Source: a virus. Taken from it: DNA of 48,356 nucleotides. The stretch is taken from UHGV virus genome UHGV-1370646; one strand, 5' to 3'. The position numbers and the translations under genes are program-made. Below, piece by piece: positions 38,620 to 47,729 of the stretch; within the stretch, counting starts at the first letter, position 1; every line of letters starts with the position of its first letter. The notes below the pieces were generated by a model. It did no database searches. It was not told where the DNA came from and saw nothing but the letters and a program-made list of their open reading frames with translations.

Positions 38620-38826
38620 TCAGCCGAATCTGTCTTTAAAGCTGATGTCACTTTTTCTTTTTTTCATTTTGCTATTGCAGTTCGGGCAAAGGTGTTGCTT
38701 TTTGCCGTCGATCTTCCAGGTGTAGTAGTTACGTTTAAAACCTGTGCCGCATACATCGCAACGCCTTGGTTTGAAAAGGTTAACGAGAAACACTATTACG
38801 ATTACGCCAATAATCCATTCCATCAT
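38620..38826 (-). CDS. Small membrane protein with a C4 zinc-ribbon (accessory gene), convergent with the gene above
   Basis: 68 aa. N-terminal TM (WIIGVIVIVFLVNLF), CDVCGTGF...CPNCNS, and a basic tail. AT-rich. Confidence 0.5.
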   Translation of the reverse strand: MMEWIIGVIVIVFLVNLFKPRRCDVCGTGFKRNYYTWKIDGKKQHLCPNCNSKMKKRKSDISFKDRFG

Positions 38827-38843
38827 GTTCTCCAGAGGTTTTG

Positions 38844-39208
38844 CTATTTATCGTTGTCAAGATAACCCATGCGCTTCCCAAGGATTGCAGCAAGCCTTCT
38901 GTTATGTTCCTCTCCCTCACGAAGAATTGCAGCGGTAAAGGGGTCTCTTTTTTCAAGCTCAGCGAGAAACGCGGCTTTTTCCTCTGGCGTGGATTTTGAA
39001 TCCAAGGCCGCCTGAGTTGAATCAAAATCGACAATGTCGCTTTCAGCTATCAGCTTTTCTGTCTCCAGCGCATCTTGAAGGATCTGGACAATCTCAGAGT
39101 TCATAGACCTTCCGTTGCGCTTGGCCCGCGCAGCTATGGCGTCGCGCATACCATCAGGAAAGCGAAGGTTGAACTTGTCGTAGTCTTTTACTTGTTTTTC
39201 GGCCATTG
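38844..39208 (-). CDS. mnt: Mnt-like ribbon-helix-helix repressor (Arc/MetJ family)
   Basis: Start MAEKQVKDYDKFNLRFPDGMRDAIAARAKRNGRSMNSEIVQILQDAL, close to P22 Mnt (FNFRMPMEVREKLKFRAEANGRSMNSELLQIVQDAL). Divergent from an arc-ant pair. Confidence 0.75.
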
Positions 39209-39313
39209 CAAATCCCTCAAAAAAAATCATGGTGCCATATTGCCATACGATTTCAATGGTGGCACAGTGGCCTACATGGCGTCACTCTGGCACCAAATAA
39301 AGGAGATTAGATA
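39209..39313. promoter_or_regulatory. Divergent promoter/operator region between mnt and arc, with repeated GGTGCCA / TGCCATA motifs
   Basis: GGTGCCA (39231), TGCCATA x2 direct (39233, 39241), GGTGGCA (39259) and the inverted TGGCACC (39289). RBS AGGAG before arc. Confidence 0.45.
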
Positions 39314-39487
39314 ATGCAAGATACACTTTTCACTGAGCGCAAAAACATCAAAATCAACCTACGTCTTCCATCACGACTAAACGAGGAAGTTCGCCGCCTA
39401 GCTGAAATGGACTGTATTTCTCTTAATTCGGCGATTGTTCGTTTGCTGGCAAAAGGCGTGAGGGAAGAGGTGGCGAATGGTCGCTAA
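39314..39487 (+). CDS. arc: Arc-like ribbon-helix-helix repressor (57 aa)
   Basis: Not in the track. MQDTLFTERKNIKINLRLPSRLNEEVRRLAEMDCISLNSAIVRLLAKG. An RHH pattern like P22 Arc (FNLRWPREVLDLVRKVAEENGRSVNSEIYQRV). Confidence 0.6.
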   Translation: MQDTLFTERKNIKINLRLPSRLNEEVRRLAEMDCISLNSAIVRLLAKGVREEVANGR

Positions 39488-39560
39488 AAACAGCGAAGCC
39501 CGGAAGTGCGCTAACACTATCCGGGCCTCTATCGAAAATAACCGCGAAGGAAATATCGAC

Positions 39561-40196
39561 ATGAACATTGTAGCTAAATCAGATTTCAACTTCCATGGTG
39601 TAACGCTTAATCCGGTAGAAAATGTCACAGGTGTCTGGCTGACATCTGCAGATATTGCGAAGGCTCTCGGTTACAAAAGCACCAAGTCAATTTCTAACCT
39701 CTTCGCTCAGTACGAAGATGAGTTCTCTCAGGGTATGACAATGGTCATTGAATCAGTGACCAATGGAATAAATGGCTCTACCCGCAGGATGAAAGTTCGC
39801 GTCTTCTCTATGCGCGGTGCCCATCTTATCGCAATGTTTGCCCGCACTCCGGTAGCCAAAGAGTTTCGCCGCTGGGTTCTGGATATTCTGGATCGGGAAG
39901 TGGCGCATTCGCCGATTGCGAAGCAGTTCAGTGATGATGAGCTTTGCTCTTTGGCATGGTTATGGCGTGCCAGCGACATCATGCTCAAGGCCTGCGATAG
40001 CGTCACTCCGTTGTTGAAAGTGGCTGGGCATCGCCAAGCTGGGCATTTTCATTCAATCGGGCAGGAATTGCCACGATCGATTAACAAGGCAAGAGAAGTG
40101 ATTAAGCGCGAGACGGCGCATATCGAATTTCACCCATGGAAGGATGATAACTGGAGCAGGGTATTACCACACCTGCGTCAGGAGATGTTGCAGTGA
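39561..40196 (+). CDS. ant: Antirepressor (Bro-N / AntA-like N-terminal domain)
   Basis: Start MNIVAKSDFNFHGVTLNPVENVTGVWLTSADIAKALGYKSTKSISNL after RBS GAAGGA (the track's longer form starts at 39477). Directly downstream of arc, as in P22 immI. Confidence 0.75.
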   Translation: MNIVAKSDFNFHGVTLNPVENVTGVWLTSADIAKALGYKSTKSISNLFAQYEDEFSQGMTMVIESVTNGINGSTRRMKVRVFSMRGAHLIAMFARTPVAKEFRRWVLDILDREVAHSPIAKQFSDDELCSLAWLWRASDIMLKACDSVTPLLKVAGHRQAGHFHSIGQELPRSINKAREVIKRETAHIEFHPWKDDNWSRVLPHLRQEMLQ

Positions 40197-40265
40197 TGCA
40201 TAAATAGAAAAGCCGGTAGTTACGAGCTACCGGCCATCCATAAATCTGTCATAAGGGTCCAACCA

Positions 40266-41018
40266 ATGACTTCATTAAATTTAGCACCAAAAAGCAGTGT
40301 TGTCACCGATAAAACCATTGACAGCCAGTCTTTGCTGATGATGGTCAATCAGGCTCGCAAGCAGTGCGGGGAGCCAGAGGTACGCAACAATAAGTTCATT
40401 GAAAAAGTAGTCGACGAACTTGATGGGGAGTTTTACACAAAAAGTGTAAAACCCTCCGGCACTAATGGCGGCCGTCCTGTTGAGGTAATTGACATGACGA
40501 TCAAGCAGGCCCTTCGCGTGGCGGCCCGTGAGTCTAAAGCCGTTCGCCGCTCTTTGGTTGATAAGCTGGAAGACATGCAGGCTATCCAGGTGCCGACCAA
40601 AAGCACCTCAGGGCTTACTGAATATCGGCTTGCCAAAGCTGAACAACTCAAAGCTCAGGCGCTGGAGAAAAACATCGCATCGGCCCGCGAGCTGATGTCA
40701 ATGTTCCCTCGGCTTGGTGAATCGGCTAACCAGGTGATCGTCGCCACTCTCGTTAACCCACTTCTCGGTCATGAAGTTGTGCCACTGCCGGCGATTGAAG
40801 AGCATTACTATACGGCGGGTGAAGTGGCGGCGCAGCTCGGTTGCACTGCGAACAAGATCGGTCGTGTGGCTAATAAACACAATCTGAAAACAGAGCAGTA
40901 CGGCAAGTTCTTTCTGGATAAGTCGAGACACTCAGATAAGCAGGTTGAGGCGTTCCGCTACAATGCAGAAGGTGTAAAGGCATTGCGCCACCTGATCCAT
41001 GGCGCAGATGTAGCCTAA
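40266..41018 (+). CDS. Second antirepressor-like / phage regulatory protein
   Basis: 250 aa. A C-terminal HTH-like stretch (YTAGEVAAQLGCTANKIGRVANKHNL). Same operon as ant. Family uncertain. Confidence 0.45.
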   Translation: MTSLNLAPKSSVVTDKTIDSQSLLMMVNQARKQCGEPEVRNNKFIEKVVDELDGEFYTKSVKPSGTNGGRPVEVIDMTIKQALRVAARESKAVRRSLVDKLEDMQAIQVPTKSTSGLTEYRLAKAEQLKAQALEKNIASARELMSMFPRLGESANQVIVATLVNPLLGHEVVPLPAIEEHYYTAGEVAAQLGCTANKIGRVANKHNLKTEQYGKFFLDKSRHSDKQVEAFRYNAEGVKALRHLIHGADVA

Positions 41019-41062
41019 CTATCTGATAATAAATCTAAGCACTAATTAGTGCTTCGAAAACC

Positions 41063-41089
41063 AAACCTCGCTTCGGCGGGGTTTTTTTA
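41063..41089 (+). terminator. Rho-independent terminator closing the accessory cassette
   Basis: CCTCGC-TTCG-GCGGGG followed by TTTTTTTAT. Confidence 0.55.
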
Positions 41090-41101
41090 TGGGCGAAATC
41101 C

Positions 41102-41458
41102 ATGAAAACAATCTCTCTCAAACTCGATCCCGAAACCTGGGACCTTGTCCTTGATGAGCTGGGTAATATCGCCACGGTAGAAAACCCCTACGCCTGCGCT
41201 CAGGACGTAGCGACGGCATGCCTGGCTATACGCGGTGAATGCATTTACGAAAAAGATACCGGCGTTAATTACAAAGAGCTGCTGAACGTTAAGGCCAGCA
41301 CTGGCGCCATGGCGGCCGCGCTTCAGGTTGAAGCGTTGCGGATGAGCTATATCGCACGCGCTGAGCCGACGCTGATTAACAACCGAGATACGCGCCGCAC
41401 TACCGGCGTTATTGCGATCGTGGATACCAACGGCCTGGATTCCAGCGTCACCCTGTGA
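41102..41458 (+). CDS. Baseplate protein (gpW/gp25-like position)
   Basis: 118 aa, directly upstream of the Baseplate-J-like gene. Confidence 0.5.
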   Translation: MKTISLKLDPETWDLVLDELGNIATVENPYACAQDVATACLAIRGECIYEKDTGVNYKELLNVKASTGAMAAALQVEALRMSYIARAEPTLINNRDTRRTTGVIAIVDTNGLDSSVTL

Positions 41459-41465
41459 GGAAAAA

Positions 41466-42698
41466 ATGACGACAATCTCTACGGCAGTACCGGCCGTGAC
41501 ATTTTCCACCACTGGCCTTGATGTTCCAGATGAGGGAGACATTCTTGCCGGGCGTATAGCAGATATTGGTTCTGCATTCGGGACGGCGATGAGCACGAAC
41601 CTCAAGACGCCGCAGGGGCAACTGGCTGTCACTGATACTGCAATCATTGCAGACAAGAACGATCAGCTTCTGGCCATCGTAAACAACATGAACCCGGACT
41701 TTTCCTCCGGCAGGTTTCAGGATGGCATCGGCAGGATTTACTTCCTCGATCGCATTGCTGCTGCGGGTACGGTTGTAACGGCCACATGCTCCGGCGTACC
41801 GGGAACGGTGATCCCGGCACAGTCCTATGCAACCGACGACAACGGTTATATGTACGTGTCCCTGGCGGCCGGAACGATAGGCGCAGACGGGACGGTAAAG
41901 ATCGAGTTCCAGAACCTGACTACCGGGCCGATAGCTTGCCCCATTGGTACGCTGACAAACATCTATGTCGCGGTAAGTGGCTGGTCGAGTATCACCAACG
42001 AGACCGCGGGTGTACCGGGCTCGAATGTTGAAGGGCGATCTGCATTTGAGTATCGCCGTCGCCAGTCAGTGGCACGTAACGCCTTCAACACGGCAGCGGC
42101 TGTGCGGGCTGCTGTCCTGGAAGTCGATGGGGTGCTTGATGTTTATGTGATCGACAACAAAGAGCCGACTTCTGTCGAAAAAGGTTCCACGAATTACACG
42201 CTGCTTGCCAGCTCGATTTATATCGGGGTTTATGGCGGGGCAGTGGCTGAGATTGCAGCGGCCATCAATAAAAAACTCCCCCCGGGCACCGTTATGAACG
42301 GTGACACCACCGGAACCGTGCAGGATACCGAAAATTATGACGCCCCTTATCCGGAGTACACCTACAGGTGGAAAACGCTGGATGCGGTGAGCGTTCATAT
42401 CAAGGTGGAATACGAAGCGAATGATGGCCTTCCGTCAGATATCAACGTGCAGATCAGAGCGGTCGTCCTGAATGCCTTCACCGGCGCAGATGGCGGTACC
42501 CGGGCGCGTGCCGGCGCGCGAATTTATGGCAGCCGCTATATCGGACCCATTCAGGCGCTTGATGCACAGAACATGAACGTTCTTTCGGTCCAGATATCTC
42601 TGAACGGAACAACATGGTCTAGTGCGCTGACCATGGGCATTGATCAGGAACCGACCCTCGATACGACAAACATCATAACGGAGGCGGTAAGTGAATAA
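41466..42698 (+). CDS. Baseplate J-like wedge protein
   Basis: Start MTTISTAVPA after RBS GAGG (the track's longer form starts at 41412). Size and position are those of P2 gpJ. Confidence 0.65.
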   Translation: MTTISTAVPAVTFSTTGLDVPDEGDILAGRIADIGSAFGTAMSTNLKTPQGQLAVTDTAIIADKNDQLLAIVNNMNPDFSSGRFQDGIGRIYFLDRIAAAGTVVTATCSGVPGTVIPAQSYATDDNGYMYVSLAAGTIGADGTVKIEFQNLTTGPIACPIGTLTNIYVAVSGWSSITNETAGVPGSNVEGRSAFEYRRRQSVARNAFNTAAAVRAAVLEVDGVLDVYVIDNKEPTSVEKGSTNYTLLASSIYIGVYGGAVAEIAAAINKKLPPGTVMNGDTTGTVQDTENYDAPYPEYTYRWKTLDAVSVHIKVEYEANDGLPSDINVQIRAVVLNAFTGADGGTRARAGARIYGSRYIGPIQALDAQNMNVLSVQISLNGTTWSSALTMGIDQEPTLDTTNIITEAVSE

Positions 42699-43278
42699 TG
42701 TTGACTGGACGATCTACGCGCAGTACGTGAACTCAACCAGCCTGCGGTCACTGATTGACACCTTTAACGCTTCTGTAGCGCCAGAGGACTGGATAGACAC
42801 GTTCTATGACCTCGTATTCAACATCGAGACCTGCGGCGATTACGGGCTGATGTGCTGGGGTAAAATCGTTGATGTAGAGCGTTTGCTGACTGTGACGCCA
42901 TCCCAGCAGTTTCTGGGGTTTGGCGAAGCGACCAGCACCCCGGCAGAACTCACCGACCCGCAACCCTTTAACCAGGCGCCTTTCTATACCGGCGTACAGG
43001 ACACGAACACAGTGGTCCTGACCAATGATGCATACCGCAAGCTGATCATGTGCAAAGCGATGGCTAACATCAGCGACTGCACCGTGCCGATCATGAATCG
43101 CATGCTGATGTACATGTTCGGCTCCAGCGGGCGAGCTTACGTGCGTGATGATGGCAACCATGTCATGAGCTACGTATTCGAATTTCAACTTTCCGAATCT
43201 GAGCTGGCCATAGTGCAAAGCTCGGGCGCGCTTCCTTCCCCGCCTGGGGTAAAAGTAAACATCGTTCAGGAGGTCTGA
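42691..43278 (+). CDS. Baseplate protein (gpI-like)
   Basis: 195 aa following baseplate J. Confidence 0.5.
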   Translation: MNNVDWTIYAQYVNSTSLRSLIDTFNASVAPEDWIDTFYDLVFNIETCGDYGLMCWGKIVDVERLLTVTPSQQFLGFGEATSTPAELTDPQPFNQAPFYTGVQDTNTVVLTNDAYRKLIMCKAMANISDCTVPIMNRMLMYMFGSSGRAYVRDDGNHVMSYVFEFQLSESELAIVQSSGALPSPPGVKVNIVQEV

Positions 43279-43279
43279 A

Positions 43280-44323
43280 TTGAACAATTCAGCCATGCCG
43301 TCGCGTCTGACGGTTGTTTTTTCTGCGAGTGGCGACAAAAACACGATCCCGGTCAATTCCACCTCTGAAACGTTGGCCAATGGCCTTGCGGCGATGGACT
43401 CAGGATTTCCTCCGCTGACCCGCATCGCTCTATCTGCTGGCGGTAAGCCGCCAAAAGGGCAGGATTTTAATGGGATTTTTAATGATGCCTATACTCGCCT
43501 TCAATGGGAGCAAGCAGGAGGTTTCTATACATTCGACTCTGCATTTTCTGCAGCTATCGGTGGATACCCAAAAGGCGCGATTCTTATCAATTCAGCCAGG
43601 GATGGGTTCTGGCAAAGCACTATCGAAAATAACACGACAAATCCTGATGCTGGCGGGATTGGATGGATTAATTATTCATCCGGACGACTCCTGAACGTGC
43701 AGACATTTTTATCATCCGGCACCTATACGCCGACCCCTGGTACCAAGTCAGTTGTTGTTGAAATGGTTGGCGGTGGTGGAGGGAGCGACGCTGCCCCAGC
43801 CACTGGAGCGGGGCAGGTGTCAATAGTTTCAGGTGGTGGGGCCGGGTCATATGCTAAGGGTAGATTTTCAATAAATTTCACCAGCATTAGCATCGTTGTT
43901 GGCGCTGGCGGACAGGGAGGGACCGCAGCATCTCCGGTTGGCTCTGTTGGTGGCTCAAGCTCATTTGGATCGCTGATGGTTGCGCCTGGTGGAACAAGAG
44001 GGCCATCTGCCGGACCAGCAAATCCACCTTTTCTTCCTCAGGGTAATGTCGCATCAAGTGCCCCGTCCGGAGCCAATATCATAGGTTCTCCAGGAGCCCC
44101 ATCTACACCTGCATACGCTAACGCGACCCAGTCATTTCTCGGCTCACCTGGGGCAAGTAGCGTTTTTGGAGGCGGGGGATGGGTGCCATCATTTGGAGAC
44201 CCGGCTATTGATGGACAGGCATATGGTTCAGGCGCATCTGGTTCTTCACAAGGACCATCCTCTCCGGCAGTGAATGGCGCCCGGGGGAAAGAAGGCATCG
44301 TGATAATTTATGAATATTCATGA
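43280..44323 (+). CDS. Tail fibre protein with a glycine-rich C-terminal domain
   Basis: 347 aa. C-terminal GGGGGSDAAPATGAGQ...GGGAGSYAKG...GAGGQGG repeats. Confidence 0.55.
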   Translation: MNNSAMPSRLTVVFSASGDKNTIPVNSTSETLANGLAAMDSGFPPLTRIALSAGGKPPKGQDFNGIFNDAYTRLQWEQAGGFYTFDSAFSAAIGGYPKGAILINSARDGFWQSTIENNTTNPDAGGIGWINYSSGRLLNVQTFLSSGTYTPTPGTKSVVVEMVGGGGGSDAAPATGAGQVSIVSGGGAGSYAKGRFSINFTSISIVVGAGGQGGTAASPVGSVGGSSSFGSLMVAPGGTRGPSAGPANPPFLPQGNVASSAPSGANIIGSPGAPSTPAYANATQSFLGSPGASSVFGGGGWVPSFGDPAIDGQAYGSGASGSSQGPSSPAVNGARGKEGIVIIYEYS

Positions 44324-44332
44324 GAATAAAAA

Positions 44333-46558
44333 ATGACAATCACCGAAACGCAAAAAACTGCTCAATTAGCAGCAGATGCCGCCGTTAGTGCCGCAGAAGC
44401 CAAACAATACATGCTGGAGGCTGAGAAAGGATATCAGGATACTAGTGCTGCCGCCCAGCAAGCCCAGGATGCAGCTGGATCAGCTCTTTTATCCAAGCAG
44501 AGCGCGGCTACATCAGAAACCAATGCCGCTCAATCTGCAGAAGAGGCTGAAGCAGCAAAAATAGAGGCTGCCGCCGCTGCAGCTAACGCCTCCGACTACG
44601 CTAAAAACAAGTTCACTTTTTACAAAACACCAACTGATCCGGACGGCACCATTGCAGGGCTGGCAGCAACTACTGATGGCCAGTCGTTCTGGGTAGCCCA
44701 GGGCCCAGATGCGCTTTCCGCTGCATGGCAGTATCAAAACAAAGCAGGCGTGGCCGTATTGCAGGCGAAGCAGCCGGGTACAGCGGCCATAACAGGGACA
44801 ATCCGCGAGTTTCCGACGCTGGCTGCGGCGCAGGCAGACGCAGATGCTGGCAACATACCGGTAGGATCAACTGCGTATTACCGTAGCCCCGATGATAGTG
44901 CGCTGGCTATTGAAGTCATCAATAACGGCGGGACGCTGCAGCCTACCGGGCGGAAAATGCCCTCACAGGAAGCTATAAACGCAGTTTTTGATTTCATCAG
45001 CAAATTTATTGTCAGCGCTGACGTTGGAAACAACTATTTCCCGTTCTTCACTGATGGCGCTGACAACGTTCCCTTGTGGTGGGATGATGGGTTTGCGGTA
45101 TCACGAATTTCATCTGAGCTCTATCAGATGATTTATGATGATGTTCACTCCCGACTAGGGGATGCGCTGAACTCGGTTGTTAATGACGTATCAAATTCTT
45201 TCTTCCCGCTGTTTATTGATGCCAGCAATAACGTTCCGGTTTGGTGGGATAATGGTTTTGATGTTTCCATAATTTCTGAAAGCTTGAAAGCGAAAATATG
45301 GAACTATATTAACTCCATTATTTCACCAGCTCTTAATAAAGCGGTCCCGCTTGTATCGACGGGATTCGTTCCGGGCATGACAGATGGTGCTGATAATGTA
45401 CTGTTCTGGTTTCAGGATGGGAAATTTGATACGTATGAAGTGGGGCCAAACATTAGCGCCTCACTCGCCAGTGCTTACCAGCGCAGGATGTATACCGCAT
45501 ATTACAACATGCCTTTGCATACCGACGGCCGCACATTGTGGCGCTGGCGTGCGAAAAAAGCGCAACTCAAGGCAGGGATGGCTACGCAGCCTAATTTCCT
45601 TCTCACAGGTGACAGTTGGACGCAGAACAATGAACTTGCGACCGCTATTGCAAGTGTCCTGAGCGCTGAATATGGTGACGCTGGTTTAGGCTGGCGAACT
45701 GTGAACTATGGCGCATCGCGCGATGGTTCAAATATCTTTCGCTCTGCCGGCTGGGATTTATATGACGCCTCGCCAACGAGCGGCGCCCCGCTTTATGGTT
45801 GCGGCATTGACGGCCAGTCCATCAACACCACCACGAACACGGCCTATTTCAACGTGACTAATGTCCGCTGTACTGATTGCCGTATTTATTATCAGGACCT
45901 GAATGGCACCTTTCAGTACGGCTACGACGTTGGCGGAGTGACACAGTGGACCACTGTTGTGTGTGGAAATACAGGCACGACTAAATCAGTATTGCTGACA
46001 GGGATGACTGATGAGGTCAGGACGATTTATACCAAGACTGATGGTAACACCGGGCGGGTGGCCATACATGGATTCTATTTCTGGCGATCTGGTGTCTCTG
46101 GTTGCGTGATGAGTAAGGCCGGTAATGCTGGTATTCTCGCTGATCAGTTTTTGCTGTTTTCCGACAAAATAGCAACGTATCTCAGCACCATTCAGCCTGA
46201 TGTGATCGCTATCGTCATCGGTAACAACGACTACCGCATTTCGACAGGGACCCAGACATTTCGCACAGCGCTGCAAACCTATATGGCTGCCTGTCGTGCT
46301 GTGTTGCCTGATGTGGGTTTCATCCTCATGGCTCCCCCGAGAACCAACGGCACAGCGGTAACGCCGCTCGTTGATTTCCGTGATGTAATGTACGACCTCT
46401 CTCAGACGCTGAACTGTGAATTTTTCAGCATTTATGACCTGTTCGATACCTGGACGGAAATGAACGGACTTGGCTGCTTCATTGATAATCTTCACCCCAG
46501 CACCGTCGGTGGAAACATGATCGCTTCATCCCTTAATAACGCGCTGATCAAAGGCTAA
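44333..46558 (+). CDS. Tail fibre/spike protein with a C-terminal SGNH/GDSL hydrolase (esterase) domain
   Basis: 741 aa. Ala/Gln-rich anchor N-terminus. Three internal repeats of about 57 aa. GDS motif LLTGDSWTQN and a DNLHPS (DxxH) near the C-terminus. Confidence 0.75.
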   Translation: MTITETQKTAQLAADAAVSAAEAKQYMLEAEKGYQDTSAAAQQAQDAAGSALLSKQSAATSETNAAQSAEEAEAAKIEAAAAAANASDYAKNKFTFYKTPTDPDGTIAGLAATTDGQSFWVAQGPDALSAAWQYQNKAGVAVLQAKQPGTAAITGTIREFPTLAAAQADADAGNIPVGSTAYYRSPDDSALAIEVINNGGTLQPTGRKMPSQEAINAVFDFISKFIVSADVGNNYFPFFTDGADNVPLWWDDGFAVSRISSELYQMIYDDVHSRLGDALNSVVNDVSNSFFPLFIDASNNVPVWWDNGFDVSIISESLKAKIWNYINSIISPALNKAVPLVSTGFVPGMTDGADNVLFWFQDGKFDTYEVGPNISASLASAYQRRMYTAYYNMPLHTDGRTLWRWRAKKAQLKAGMATQPNFLLTGDSWTQNNELATAIASVLSAEYGDAGLGWRTVNYGASRDGSNIFRSAGWDLYDASPTSGAPLYGCGIDGQSINTTTNTAYFNVTNVRCTDCRIYYQDLNGTFQYGYDVGGVTQWTTVVCGNTGTTKSVLLTGMTDEVRTIYTKTDGNTGRVAIHGFYFWRSGVSGCVMSKAGNAGILADQFLLFSDKIATYLSTIQPDVIAIVIGNNDYRISTGTQTFRTALQTYMAACRAVLPDVGFILMAPPRTNGTAVTPLVDFRDVMYDLSQTLNCEFFSIYDLFDTWTEMNGLGCFIDNLHPSTVGGNMIASSLNNALIKG

Positions 46559-46563
46559 AAAAT

Positions 46564-47373
46564 ATGAGCACAATTTATATTCCAAAACTGGGCGACATTG
46601 TTATTCCGGGGAGCCATCCCAAAAAAGGGCACTTCATGGTGCCCGATTTACCTGTTACTACCGGTCTGAAAGGGATGCATATTCAGGGTGGTAATGCTGC
46701 ACTGAGCATCAGGAATCTGGCGGATAGTACCACCCCGCTGACCATGGTAGGAACGCCGACAATCTCCCCGACCTTTGGCGCCGTTTGTAATTTCAGCAAC
46801 TGTTTTGATACGGGAAGGGTGTCCAGTCGGAACCAGACACACATCGTCATCTGTAAGCCAGTAAAGCCAACTGCAGCTACTGAGCAGCAACAGGCTTTCA
46901 TGATGGGTAACTACAATTACTCAGGGTCACCGATTGTTTATCGTGGTGATGGCCTCGCATTTATGTATACGACCACTGCGCCTAACACGATCTATGGCGC
47001 TTTCGTTGAGGATAATAATGCCACGCCGACCAATCTTATTAATAACTTCACGACCAACTATGACGTAACCAAATGGGCAGCTTTTGTGTCACTGATCGAC
47101 GGCGATAACAACATTGCCCGAATCGGTGGGCGGCAGGGAGGGGCGCTTGCATGGCAGGGGTCGCGAACGCTAACTAACAGGACGGCATACACTGGCAGAA
47201 CCATCAGGATTGGATCGCATCATGCCAGTGCTGCATACCCGGCCGGAGCGGATATCACCATGGGTATGGAACTGATTTTTGAAGCAGCGCTAACGCAGGC
47301 CGAAGTAGCATCTGTTATCGACAGCATCAGTGCGTATCTGAACGCTGCGTGGGGCATTAACGATTTGGGTTAA
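46564..47373 (+). CDS. Tail-associated hypothetical protein
   Basis: 269-aa ORF after the fibre gene. Confidence 0.4.
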   Translation: MSTIYIPKLGDIVIPGSHPKKGHFMVPDLPVTTGLKGMHIQGGNAALSIRNLADSTTPLTMVGTPTISPTFGAVCNFSNCFDTGRVSSRNQTHIVICKPVKPTAATEQQQAFMMGNYNYSGSPIVYRGDGLAFMYTTTAPNTIYGAFVEDNNATPTNLINNFTTNYDVTKWAAFVSLIDGDNNIARIGGRQGGALAWQGSRTLTNRTAYTGRTIRIGSHHASAAYPAGADITMGMELIFEAALTQAEVASVIDSISAYLNAAWGINDLG

Positions 47374-47451
47374 TGCAGTGATTGTAGAGACTTGCGGCTG
47401 TCATTTAAATTGATAGCCGCAACCTCTATTGATCCTATTTCTGATAAAAAA

Positions 47452-47471
47452 TACTGTATATGCAAACAGTA
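47452..47471. promoter_or_regulatory. LexA box (SOS operator)
   Basis: TACTGTATATGCAAACAGTA fits CTGT-N8-ACAG. Lies 19 bp upstream of an RBS and ATG. Confidence 0.7.
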
Positions 47472-47489
47472 TTTATCGGAGGGCAGATC

Positions 47490-47729
47490 ATGCTTCGACA
47501 GTCAGACATCGCCGCGGCTTTCCGCGAGTCCATTTTGCGCAGTTCCAAGGGGTTTCAATACCTTCACACCCGCGACTTCGTTACTGCGCTTCGCCGGCGC
47601 GGCATTCATTTTACCGAGGTGGAGGCGAATTCCTGGATCGCGCGGGAACAAACGTATTTTGTCGATAAGACGCCGGACCATAGCGAAAACCGCCTGTGGA
47701 TGATGGCAGGGATGGGGAGGGTCATCTGA
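47490..47729 (+). CDS. SOS-regulated hypothetical protein (79 aa)
   Basis: Start MLRQSDIAAAF after RBS GGAGGG. The LexA box lies in its promoter. TGATG overlap with the next gene. Confidence 0.5.
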   Translation: MLRQSDIAAAFRESILRSSKGFQYLHTRDFVTALRRRGIHFTEVEANSWIAREQTYFVDKTPDHSENRLWMMAGMGRVI

